A DNA stretch of 64,000 nt from Lytechinus pictus (lineage: Eukaryota), in assembly GCF_037042905.1 (NCBI RefSeq), contig NC_087245.1, positions 22,446,001 through 22,510,000 of the forward strand, written 5' to 3'. Below the pieces are notes generated by a model. It did no database searches, was not told the origin of the DNA, and saw only the letters and a list, made by a program, of their open reading frames with translations. Below are positions 35,562 to 48,500 of this stretch, one piece after another. The first letter of the stretch is position 1; every line of letters starts with the position of its first letter. The translations under genes were made by a program, and so were the position numbers.

Positions 35562-36144
35562 AGGAGAATGAAACTCTTGGAGCAAGTTAGCTTTTGTGAA
35601 AGCAGAAAAATCAAAGAATAAGATCAACAAAACTTTGAGTAAAATAGGACTAGCAATAAAAGAGTTATGAGCATTTGAATGTCGAGATCACTAATGCTAT
35701 GGAGATCCTCCCATTGGCAATGCGACCAAGATCTGTGATGTCACACACGTACAACTCTCCCATTCGGACACTGAAAATATACCCCAAAACATCTCTTTTT
35801 GCTCATTCTAATCATATGACAAACGATTCATCAATGATATAATGTTGTGAAACCTCTGTACTTGTCATCTCATAAAGAAAACACCTAACCTTGTGATAGA
35901 CTCTATAAAAGTGAGAATATAAGTGAAATAAGTACTAAAGTAATGAGGGAGTTGTACGTGTGTGATATCACAGATCTTGGTCGCATTGCCGATGGGAGGA
36001 TCTACATGGCACTAGTGATCTCAATATTCAAATGTTCATAACTTTCTTATTATTCATTCAATCTTCCTCAAACTTTCAACAATATGTTTCTTTGATTTTT
36101 CTCTTTGATATGTTGTCAGCTAGTTTCAAGGGTTTCATTCTCCT
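35562..36144. mobile_element. Kolobok-like MITE with long inverted arms
   Basis: TTAA duplication; AGGAGAATGAAAC TIR; ~200-bp inverted arms. Confidence 0.88.
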
Positions 36145-36564
36145 TTAAAATGGGGTAAAATTTCCTACAAAAATCTCCAAGACTTAATCGCAAGCATTCT
36201 TGCCGATAGAATTTTAGCACAAACACTTCACAGCTGGGATCCTTGTCCATTGAATCAAATCCAATAGACGTTTTTGTTTATATAACGCCTTTTCCTTTCG
36301 TTTACAAAGTACTGCACACACACACACACACACACTACTCCATATTTGGGCCACTAAAACAATGAATAATTGAACCATTGGGATGTAGTGAAGAACATTC
36401 TAAATATTCAAGAAAGGGGAAAGGGAAGTAATACAAATCGATTGATATGCTGTAGTCAAACATATTCACCGTCACGGGTGACTTGACAATCCCAAAACGA
36501 TTTATTTCTGTCATTTCCGTGTATTATATGGTATTTAATCTCATAAGCCATTTCCTTTATTCCC

Positions 36565-36750
36565 GGTGGGTGTTTCATTAAAGCTGTTCGTAAAATAAGA
36601 GCGATTTTAGGAACGACTGGTGATCCTTCTTGTGGTAAATGGTATATTCATTGGCGATGGTTAAGCGCGTAAGAAAGGATCAGCGGTCGATCTACGGTCC
36701 TAACTCCTAGCTCCTAACTTACGAACAGTACAGCTTCATGAAACGGCCCC
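36565..36750. mobile_element. Harbinger-like MITE, family of 27006-27182
   Basis: GTGGGTGTTTCATTAAAGCTGTTCG...CAGCTTCATGAAACGGCCCC. Confidence 0.75.
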
Positions 36751-37298
36751 CTGGATAGATACACACTTCTTATTCGAGCCCGTGGAATAATAGACCAAAC
36801 TTTGCTTGATATTCTAATGAAATTCTGTTTATCAAAATAAAAGTAACATTTTGATAAACAAAAGGATGTTATTGAATTTTCCGCGGTTGTTTTTCTTCTT
36901 AAAATCGATACTCATCAAGCCAAATAGTAACCATGTACGAGCTATTCAAGAAAGAATTTTAATAGTAAATGTCACATAGATAATAATAATGCTTTAAATT
37001 ATGGATCGCTTGAATGAGTGTCCTGATCGCCTAATCCAATTCTTGGACATTCCCCGCCTATTGCACAATTTTCAGGTTCTTCCCACTCCGCGGTGACGAT
37101 ATTCGAAATACAATATTTATTCCAAAGAATATCATGTTGTCTGCAGAAAACTTAAGTTTGTTTGAATAGAATGAAATAAAAAAGCTCAACAGTAAAGAAT
37201 ATTTCTTTATTATTTGACTTTGGCGGCGCTACAAAGAAGACCACCCTATGGAGTTCTTAGATAGTGTTTCATTTCAAGTGACATAATCTTATTTATCG

Positions 37299-38270
37299 TT
37301 TTTTGTCTCACCTGCATAGCAGAGTGAGACTATAGGCGCCGCTTTTCCGACGGCGACGGCGGCGGCGGCGTCAACACCAAATCTTAACCTGAGGTTAAGT
37401 TTTTGAAATGACAGCATAACTTAGAAAATATATGGACCTAGTTCATGAAACTTGGCCATAAGGTTAATCAAGTATTACTGAACATCCTGCCTGAGTTTCA
37501 TGTCACATGACCAAGGTCAAAGGTCATTTAGGGTCAATGAACTTAGACCATGTTGGGGGAATCAACATCAAAATCTTAACCTAAGGTTAAGTTTTTGAAA
37601 TGTCATCATAACTTAGAAAATATATGGACCTAGTTCATGAAACTTATACATATTAAGGTTAATCAAGTATCACTGAACATCCTGCATGAGTTTCACATCA
37701 CATGACCAAGGTCAAAGGTCATTTAGGGTCAATGAACTTTGGCCGAATTGGGGGTATCTGTTGAATTACCATCATAACTTTGAAAGTTTATGGATCTGAT
37801 TCATGAAACTTGGACATAATAGTAATATAGTAATCAAGTATTACTGAACATCCTGTGCAAGTTTCAGGTCACATGATCAAGGTCAAAGGTCATTTAGGGT
37901 CAATGAACTTTGGCCAAATTGGGGTATTTGTTGAATTACAGCCATAAATTTGAAAGTGTGTTGGTCTAGTTCATAAAACTTGGACATAATAGTAATCAAG
38001 TATCACTGAACATCCTGTGCGAGTTTCAGGTCACATGATCAAGGTCAAAGGTCATGTAAGGTCAAAGAACTTTGGCCACGTTGGGGGTATTTGTTGAATT
38101 GCCATCATATCTCTATAAGTGTATTGGTCTAGTTCATAAAACGTGGAAATAAGAGTAACCAAGTATCACTGAACATCTTGTGCGAGTTATAGTAGTTTTC
38201 AAAATCAGCACTGCTGCTATATTGAATCGCGTGATGCAGGTGAGACGGCCAGAGGCATTCCACTTGTTTT
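37299..38270 (+). mobile_element. Helentron/HINE (DINE-1/Tsp-like) non-autonomous element with internal tandem repeats
   Basis: Sits between T runs; subterminal IR GTCTCACCTGC (37305) / GCAGGTGAGAC (38236); (GGC)n microsatellite; ~5 core repeats of 160-195 bp; CTTGTTTT end. Confidence 0.8.
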
Positions 38271-39212
38271 TAATTTGATTATGTGAATTGTCAACCGGAT
38301 TCGCTGCTGATCTTTTTCATTTGTCATTTGTATCATACAAATTGTATGTATTCTTTTATTGCCTTTATTCTAATAAATTATATTTGAATAAATTAACGAG
38401 TAAACATTGCGAAGGGAGATGAATATAAATAAACTTAGTAATGAGAAAAGGGAATAAGTAATGGCCGGGAATTTCTGTAAAATAGAAAACAACTATTAGA
38501 CATAGTGGTATAATTATGTGAACACACGCTTCTAAAATTATTTTTCATTAACGTGTGCATCTTTTGTAGTTGAAAATGGTAACTTCTGTGAGTAGTAAAA
38601 CACAAAAATCTAATGAAACGTGAGTGAATCACTACCGCAATTGTTATCATACTATTTATATTCAAACAAAATTAAATTTCATATATTTGATATACGATTT
38701 TAATGAAATGTTTAAGTAGTGTTTTTCTTTTTCGCTTGTAAGAGAAACAGGATAGTAATGTCAACGTTGTCTTTCATGCAAATATTCAGATGTGCCATGC
38801 TGCCATTTACTAATTAGTCTATCATCTATGAATATTCATGATTCATTACAACAGCATCGACATGCCGTGTTTGGGACGTTAGTCATAAAATCACACAACC
38901 CATAATTAGATCTTATCATACACATTGTATGACTATAATGCAGTCTTAGCTTTACATTAATGTCTGCTCATATTGATTATTTGGAGAAATATTCTAATAT
39001 CGAGTGTCAGTTAAAAAAATGGGGGCGGGGTGGTCGGAACACAGAAAGTTGATCAATTTTGTTTGGAAGAACCACTCTCTAAAAGGATGAAATTGTCTTC
39101 CTCAAATGACAAAAAACCCACAAAGGCCATCAAAACGAGCACAGTAATTGTCTCTCTCAAAAATCGGTATAGTACGGGGGGGGGGGGGCACTGTGGTGAT
39201 AGTGAGATCATG

Positions 39213-39368
39213 GGGCCTGTTGCATTAAACTTTTTACCTGAGAAAACTCAGGTATTTTTTACCTGAGTTTTTGCCCTGTGTTAAAGTCAATGGCAGAAAT
39301 CAGACTAACCTTAGGATTCAGTTTTTACCGGAGTTTTCTCAGGTAAAACGTTTTAATGCAACAGGCTG
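39213..39368. mobile_element. Small MITE
   Basis: GCCTGTTGCATTAAA / TTTAATGCAACAGGC inverted ends. Confidence 0.75.
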
Positions 39369-39884
39369 CATAATTTGATATCCTGACTATTACCGAAATA
39401 TGATATTGGGCACAGAAGAAAGGAATATGTCAACATTTTTTTTCTTCTATTCCTTTTCAAATTCTTGGTCATGCATATACATGTATTTCTTTGAATGTAT
39501 CAATGTTAGTTTAATTGAATTGAAGGTTTTATTATCATTTCATCGCAGCCAGTGGTTGAATTGATAAAGATTTACAGAGTAAAAACATAATATATAAACA
39601 TAAACAGTGAAATATGTAATGAAAATAACTACAACAACATTATGGAAGTATACAGATATTTTGACGGAACTGTCCAATAACAAATTAATATTCTAGTAAA
39701 CTATGAAAACATAAAATTAATGTTTAAACCAGATTCATTAAATCCGTCTGCTTTTGAGAAAACACGGTATAGCTGAAGTGTGTATAGGCTACCGATGAGT
39801 ATATCATGCACCGGGGGGGGGGGGGGAGGGGGAGTAGATTACTGTAATAGGGACAATTAATTACTTCTATTAGATGGTGATGTA

Positions 39885-40048
39885 CACTGCAAAACCTCCA
39901 ATGTAACACCAAATAGGTGTTTATACAACACAAATTAATATTAAAACAGCATCGGTTTGATTCCAAACTGGTGTTGTTTCAATACTTCTCTGGTGTGGAC
40001 ATATAGATTTCGGGCTGGTGTTAAATCAACACCGGTGTTTTTGCAGTG
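39885..40048. mobile_element. CACTG-ended MITE (CMC/EnSpm-like ends)
   Basis: CACTGCAAAA...TTTTGCAGTG; related ends at 52473-52684. Confidence 0.7.
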
Positions 40049-41224
40049 CATCTGTATCTACCATAGATAGAATTGCTCTTGTTCGGTTGGTGAATCAAAT
40101 AATTTAAGTTAACTATAATACTGAATATACCTTTAAGACTATTTTTTCCAAACACCCGCCTGATCTTAGATTTTTTTCTCCAGATTTCACCGAATGATGA
40201 AACAGACGAGAGAAAATAATGACGTATCCTACTACTGTTTCCGACTCTATTTTTCATATCACATGTCAATACAGCAGCACTTTGAACCCGACTTTCAAGT
40301 CGATACGAAATGAAAAGAAATCCCTATTATTAGTCATCGGTTAGATGGCATTGGAACTTTACTTTAGGTTAGGTTATTATTGTGACTAAAGAGTTTGAAC
40401 CCAACCCTGAATCACTCACAATACGTCATTACATGTCACAAGACTGATTGCCGGTGACATGAGTAAGATTCAGCAGTCTTTGAAAGAAAAATAGCGTAAC
40501 GTATATAGCTTTGTAACCGGCGAGGGGAATGAGGGCATCAGTTTTCAAGTAATCAGAATTTAACAGATGACATAGGCGGATCCAGCTTTTGGCGAAAGGG
40601 GGGGGGGGCACACTGCCGAGCGGCGTACATATTTTTGCACTTCACCGGCGCCATAAAAGAAAATGTTGAAAAAGGGGTACAGTCTGACCCTGTCAAATGC
40701 TCTTTTCAAAATGTAGGATTTCTAGTCATGCCATTTTGCATGACCACACGCAGATAATATTTCCGGGGGGGGGGGGGTAAGACTCGAACTTATTTTAAAA
40801 AAATAAAATAAAAACGATAGAGTAAACGGACCGAGCTGCTCCGTGGGGCGATTATTTTTTAAACAAGTGTAATAAAAGTATTTGGTGCACATCTCACATT
40901 TGCACATTTTTCATAGTTTTCATGAAATGTTAAGGAAAAAAAGTGTTTTCACAACAGCTGATCGGGAATTTGCCCCCCCCCATCCCCTTGCTGCGTACGA
41001 TCATTCCCTGAAGTCCACTCAAACATATCTCATTATAACAGAAAATATACATCAATTTTAACATTGAAAAACTTATTAAAGAAAGAAACAAGCAAAAAGT
41101 AACAAAAATTATGCAATTTATGTGCGATTTCAAAATCTCGTGAACTAACCCTTTTATTGCGATGAGGCCAATACTTTTGTATATTAATTGAGATACAAGT
41201 TTTTTTTAACCATATATATATACA

Positions 41225-42110
41225 CAGGGGCGTCGATCCTTTTTTCAGATTGGGGAGGGGGGCAAAATCATGAATCAACTTTCCAAAGGCGCTCGATCAC
41301 ACAAAACAAACAAACTCACACACACAAACACGCACACACACATATGCATATATATATATATATATTTATTTATATGACTCATGAGATAGAGACACATATC
41401 TCACCAACAAATTAATGCGAGCGCGAGCTGAAATTTTTTAGTATACTGACCTGAAAACAGGAAAAAGGTGCCTGTTTATAGGACTGTTTGTAGTAACTCA
41501 TGAGGAGGATACATATCTCACTACACAGATAATGCGAGTGCCGAGGGCGAGCTGAAATTTCTTTATATTCTGACCAGAAAGCTTTATATTCTTAGCATTT
41601 TTGGTACCAATGATTAAGATGGGTATCTAAAAAAAAACAATAGATGCGAGCGCGAAGCGCGAGCTTAAAATTTTGATAATTCAATCTAAAAAAAAAGACA
41701 GTTTAATGGACGTTTTTAATAAAGAACAAGATTATATCCAACAAAAGATTATTGCAAATCGAAGCGGGAGTTCTTTTGAGGTTTAGAACTGAAAACGGGA
41801 CATTCTATTCACCTATTTAATCATGAAAAGTAAGGGGTTTTGCTACAGAAATGATGCGAGCGCGAAGCGCGAGCTGAAAATTTTTATATTCCAATCTGAA
41901 AAGCAGACAATTTGAGTATGATTTTAAATAAAGAACGAGTTGTGTAGCTCAATCTCGCTTGCTGATTTCTGTGTAACATTACCATCTTATTTTATGTTTG
42001 CACATGCGGAATCATGGGGGGGGGGCAAAACGATATGTTTGCCCCCCCCCCCCAAATATTTTCATTGGTGGGGCGATCGCCCCCCCTGCCCCCCAGGATC
42101 GACGCCTCTG
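41225..42110. mobile_element. hAT-like non-autonomous element
   Basis: CAGRGGCGTCGATCCT TIR; perfect 8-bp TSD TATATACA; internal GCGAGCGCGAAGCGCGAGC repeats. Confidence 0.92.
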
Positions 42111-42944
42111 TATATACAATGATACTACATCATGAATCATTTGGAATACATCACCAATCCAGGTTTATATATTATCATTCAATTTTCATGTACATGATGT
42201 ATATAGGCCTATATACATAATTTGGTATTTATATATATATATATATTGTGATGCTTTTCACTAAATATAATGCAATTTGTAATGATGAGTAATTTTTATC
42301 TAATCACTTTGATGAAACTGGATATAATGCTTAAGACCTGAATTCAGAAAGAGATCCTTCAAGACAGAGCTTTGGAAATAGTTCTCCAGTTTTACAGGTA
42401 TCGTTATCTTTGTTTTTAACTTCTTTCTGAGTGATCAGATGAATAATATTTAACTTAATTGAAGATGTAAATAAATCAAATTTTGTGGCGTAAACATTTA
42501 AACGTTAAAACAAAGGTATTGACAAACTGTATTTATACATTGAATATTATATTTAGTGGTTTAAGGTCTAACGAATATACGTCTGGTTGCGTAATTATAC
42601 ACTCCCGGTATTAGCTACGGGTTTTAGCAAAGTTTTGGACTAAAATATCTAATCATCTTCATAAAAGACTATAGTAGCTGTCTTACACTAAAGGCCATAG
42701 AGGTGACACAATGTGGAATGTGTAAAGAAGAAAAGTGACTGACCTTTTTTTATTAAAGCATTGGAAAATAAGATCAAAATTAAAGGATTTGCTCTACACT
42801 TTTGTATGATTCTGGGATTTTTTAAATAACGAATTAAAGATTTCATGAAATCTGTGGGCAACTGCCCCGCCCAAGTCCACTCTGTACATGCTGTAAGGGC
42901 ATGCGATAAACTTTGTTATGACCATTCAACAATAAAATGTATAA

Positions 42945-43585
42945 CCAGGTGCCGCTGATCATTCTTGACCGGCGCCGATCTAGATTTGGTTGGCAATAGG
43001 CCCTTCTTCATTATTCTACCGGCGCCTATTTATTGGAACCAGGGGACGCTGATTATTCTTGACCGGCGCCGATTTAAATTTAGGTGGCGCCGGTTAAGAC
43101 AAAGGCAGCGCCGATTTGTCTTGACCGGCGCCGATTTAGAACAAGTAGTGCTGATTATTTTTTACCGACGTCACGTAAGATTCAGGCAGCGGCAATTCAT
43201 AATCAACTGGCGCCGATTTAGAACCAGGAGGCGCCGATTTTTAACTAGGTGGTGCTGATTATTCTTGTCCGGCGCCGATTTAGATTTAGGTGGAGCTGAT
43301 TATTCTTGATCGGCGCCGGTTAAGACTCAGGCAGCGCCGATTTATAACCAGATGGCGCTGATTATTCTTGGCCATTCCCGATTTAGATGGCGCTGATTAT
43401 CCTTGATCGGCGCCGGTTAAGAACTCAGGCAGCGCCGAGTTTTTCTTTACCGGAGCCGATTTATAACCAGATGGCGCTGATTATTCTTGTCCGGCGCCGA
43501 TTTAGATTTAGGTGGCGCTGATTATTCTTGATTGGCGCCAGTTATATGCAGGCAGCGCACTGCTGATTATTTTCAACCGGCGAAG
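42945..43585. repeat. Composite GC-rich minisatellite (GGCGCTGATTATTCTTGA.CGGCGCCGATTTA modules)
   Basis: Direct reading. Confidence 0.9.
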
Positions 43586-46500
43586 TTGTTGGGAAAAGGG
43601 TAGTTAAAAGAAAAGATAATGAAGATGATATGATTGTGCTTTGCTGGGGGAAAGTCTTTTCTTTACTGTTACTACTATTATATAATTTTTCTAAGCGGCG
43701 CCTTTTTCTTTTCTTTCCTTTATTTTTATTTTTTCAAGCGGCGCCTTTTCTTTCTTTTACTTTTCTTTTATTTTTTTTGCTCAAATATTAGGGGGGGGGC
43801 GCGCCCCCTGTGTCCCCCTGGATCCGCCACTGGATGAGAAAAGGGAGACAAACAAACATGAATAGTTTGAGGTAATGTGACGGACCTAGATACACGTCAC
43901 GATATTTAAGGGGGGTGTTATAGTTAGATAACCCCACACTTGTATTCCGTGACGCCATGCACGTTCATTATTGTGTACATCTATCTATACAAGTGGACAT
44001 GCTTAACTATACGAAGATGATGAAAATGGACATGTTTAACTATGAACGCCCCTATTTTTTATTATGGAAAACCAATTAAATCACCAGTAAACTACCCCAT
44101 AGCTCCCATAGCTCCATCAAAATACCATGGCGTTGCCCCTTATAGATCACCCGTGTCAATTTTCTCGATGAAATAATGGAGGTTCATGTAATTGTTATCA
44201 GCAACGAAACCAGCTTTAAAAAAAATCTTACCCTATCCGGATAACACCCAGCTATTTCATTGCCAATCTTGTTTCTTTCGAGAGCGATTTTCTCACACTT
44301 CTCTGTTTATTTGTAGGAGACGGTCCAGTGTATGTCTTTTCGGTATTTTCCGTGCCAATAGTTTACTTTCTTCCCAGCATCATCATCTCCCTATACCCTC
44401 ATGCCCAGAATTTCTTTACATCATTTCGCATCAATAATAATTTCGTATCTACGCTCGCAAATTACGGTCGAAATCGATCTCCAATTGCTTTCAATTTCGT
44501 TCAATGCCTGGATGCAACCATGATCAACTTATTCACGGGCACCATGGACGTTTCGGAGCTGCTTCATGCAGCGAAGCATTAATAGTTTCTTCTTATCATC
44601 GTAATATGCATCTCTATCGTTCTCTATCTTTCTAAAAAAGGGTAAAATTTTAGCTCTTCATATTTTCTCTCCCCCTCTCTCTTTTATTTTCTCTCAGCAG
44701 TTTTGAATTTTCGACTTCTTCAACATCGACGATACCAGATCCTCGATCCTATGTTGTCTCTTTCTCTCCCATCTGTTTGTATGTATGTCCACCCTCCCTT
44801 TGCTCTCTCCTGGGCTCTCTCATTGTTTCTACCTTCCTTCTCATTTTGTCTTAGAGAAGTAGGGCTTATAATAATGATTTCTAGCTTCGGGACGGTGATC
44901 TCTTAAGAATTAACTTAGCCATCTCCTCCCCAATTTACCAAAATAATGACAGTGCCTAATGTACAAATCAGATCGTAGAAATGCCCCTGTCTCTCTCCCT
45001 CTCCACTCTCTGACCGTACCCAGGCGCAGGACCCCACCCTATCCGGTTATTCCATAATCTTCGAGCAGCCTAGCTATATCATGAGTCAACTACACGATCA
45101 CACAAAGGATTGCATATCGAGCTACGTCTCATTTCTCCCTCTCGACCAAGCTGTGCCGCCCGGTGGACGCTTCATCGCCTAGCCCTTCTTCATTCAGCGA
45201 CGGAAATCACGGGAATTTATCGTCGCTCCGTGCACCCTTCCGTACACCGACTTGAAGATGGTTCCGCCAACGGCACACGACGCCGCGCTTAGTCCACCGC
45301 ACGGGAAATCTCATTAGAAAGCCGAGATGAAAAATGCAAATGTTCGTCGCTGCGCGCCCGATGAGGTGTCTCCGCACTGCGATATTTACGTTGTCGCCTC
45401 GCGTCGATCGTTCGCTAACATGCCCGCGGGGAGTATTGTATGCTTAGCCCTCGCATGCGCATTACCATTAGATATGAAGTGACGAATTAACATTTACCAT
45501 GAAGCAGTTTGCCCAACTTAGCATCTCGAAATATGTCGTTTTTTTTCGTTAATTTGAATATTGCATTATTACGGATAATACATCTGTATGTTTTCGACAT
45601 TCGCTATAAAGAAAGGCTTTCCTACCATCGACACACCCATATCCTCCAATTCCTCCTTCCACTATATCGTTCTCTCTGTGGTCAGCTTTTTGCACACTAC
45701 GCCTGTACTATAGTATAAATTCATACATGACAAGGCTCTGAACAAAATGTGTTTAATTCAAGTAATTTGATGATTATCAACTCTTAAATAATCAGAAAAG
45801 GTCTATTAATAAACATCTACGGTAGATCTAAGAACGGCACACTGAGACAACGACAAATTTATGCAAACAATTACAGCCCGGGTTGCATATTATGTAGCCT
45901 CTCCGGTGTTTGAGGATTCCTTTTGCCGAGCTAGCAATCTTGAAAATATGCTACTTGGAAGGTTTTAGGCAATATAATTGTTTTACAATAATCATATAAC
46001 ACATACGACCATAAGTTCTTAACGTTAAGCCACATCAGCATTTTCTGAAATGTCACTGAACACGCAAAGCAGGTTAGAACATAAAAATTTGCTTGATCTC
46101 GTCATTAGGGACAACGGATCTAAAAAAAAAAATAGAAACCATAAAACAAGCATTAGCATTAGCTGGTATATCCTCGAACTGTATAAAATTAAAATTATTC
46201 ATACTCGCAATACCAAGAGTTAGTGACATCAGTCAGGGAAAGCGCAATGCCCTGCATCAGTCATAGAACAATGGACAGAAAGTGTTTTTTTCCGACTCAT
46301 GCCGTGAAAATCAACAACATGGAATGTGGTAGCGTTTCTAACTTGCATACAACAATAAAGATGGAATCCAGTAGCGTTTCCGCATGCAAATTTGATAATA
46401 TTCAATCTTTAATTTTTTTGTTCAACATTTTGTTTTCGTTGTCGTCCGATCCGTTGTCAGAATTTAGTTAGTCTTATTTTGAAAAGTCCATGAATAAACT

Positions 46501-47139
46501 GAAATTTCTTATTAAGAAACGATGTTTCACAATGTAGGGTTTTATTTTTTGCCAAGCCTTTTTACTAATCAAAATTCACTTTCCTAGACTTGCAAATTCT
46601 ATTCAGAAATTAAAACGTCTATCTCCTTCGGCATTTTGAATATTATTTGATTTAATGATCCGGCTTGTAAACACAGGTCCGGTCACGACTCTCTGGATTC
46701 GATAACATTTTCTTCAAGTTGGTCATGAAGTGTAGACCAGGGAGACCACAGCGACGGAAATGCACTCTACCTCCTTTCCAAACCCGTCGGTAGAAGATCA
46801 CCTAGCAACAATGACGTCATCAAGGCGGAAAAGTGAGAAGACTGGTTTGTGTGGTGATGTGAAGATAGTTCATGATGGAGTGAATGATATAAGGAGTCGA
46901 GCTTGGGCGAATAGTGGGTTGATTTGAGCTATTTACTCGTCGAAACCTATGAGAGTGGAAATATCAAAGATCAATTTGTAGATCATTCACTAGCTCATTC
47001 AAAAGAAGAATATCACAGTAATTTATGAAACGGGAGCAGGGACTGAAAGAGATCGAGAAAAAAAAAGAATGTGAACGGTTTATGACACTCAAAATATGGC
47101 ACAGTGTTCTTAAGTATCGTGGGTTTTTTTTCTCTTCCA

Positions 47140-48500
47140 GATCCAACCATCATTTTTGTTTCCATCATAATGGTCAACTTCCTAGTAACTCATTAAACTT
47201 CTTAGCGCCGATTTCATCATTAATCATAATTATCAGTATGCTCCGCCTCTGCCGTCGCTGTCCTCACCGTTATCATAACCTTCATTTCCATAACTGGAGA
47301 AACGGAAACATCGTCAACATCATATTCATCATCAATGTCATTAAACATTACTATGACAACCATCACTCACCTCATCAACGTGACTTCTAGATCACGTGGT
47401 ACCAACAACATTTTTTTTTACAATCATCGAATATCAGATATAGACAAAGCATTCGTCACGATATCTTGGAACAAAGGCTACGGTTTCATATTCTACAATG
47501 AATATCTAATCAGAAATAGTTGTACATATTCCTGCCGCTCCTCACCCAGGTGAAGTGAGAGGGCAATCTTGTTGGAAGGGAGGGGGCGGTCACTTGAACG
47601 CTGATAGTCGAATATCGGTGTACGTATTAATATTAGGATGAGTGATTTCCATGTACAGCAGCAATGGTAACATTTTGGACTCCAAAAACATCATCGCTGA
47701 TCATGATGATAGCAACTTCTACCATCGTCACGATCAACGTCAGCATTAGACAGGCCTACCATCCATTCGCCACCGCTATTGCCATCATCATTGTCGTCGT
47801 GATGGTCATCATCAATGTTTATCATCATCGCGAGCTCACTGGCCCATTCATCACTTGTTACTATCATCATGATAACTACGTCCAACGTCATAATCAACGT
47901 CATCATCGTCATCACCACCGCGTTCATCACCTTCCCATCATGATATCACCGTCACAACCACCACCACCATCAAATCAATCAATACTATTGTCATCACAAT
48001 AGTTAATATCATCACCCCATCACGATCACCACAACTACCACCACCATTACCATCACAATCATCAATATATGGCTCTGGGAACTAGGGGTGCTGAAACGTC
48101 CCCCCCCCCCAAAAAAAAAAAAAAAAAAAGCCGAGGGGGGGGGGGGCTGCGTGTATTATTTTCCATAGGCAGCACCCCCTGGTATTCAAGAAGATGTGTA
48201 AAGATTGAAAATGTAACCAAAATTACCTCATTTTTTTAGTGAAAACCTTTTTTTTTTTTTTTTTTGGGGGGGGACATTTTCATTTTTTATTTATTTACAT
48301 CACCCCCAGTCAAAAAATCGTTCCCATGGCCCTGCATCAATATCACTACCACTGTCATTACAGTACACAACCATCAAGAACCTCACCACCATCATTGTCA
48401 CCACTATACCACTACCACTTGACAAGACCATGATCACAATAAATGATTTTAGCCACCAGTTCCACCATGAATGGTTTACATCCACCTCCATCCTTGCCAT
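47140..48500. repeat. Degenerate (CAT)/(CAC)-rich low-complexity region
   Basis: Direct reading. Confidence 0.7.

Noticed and set aside
42945..43585. CRISPR-like array or Arg-rich ORF 42965..43258
   Set aside because: The spacers are themselves repeated modules and the context is eukaryotic; it is a minisatellite.
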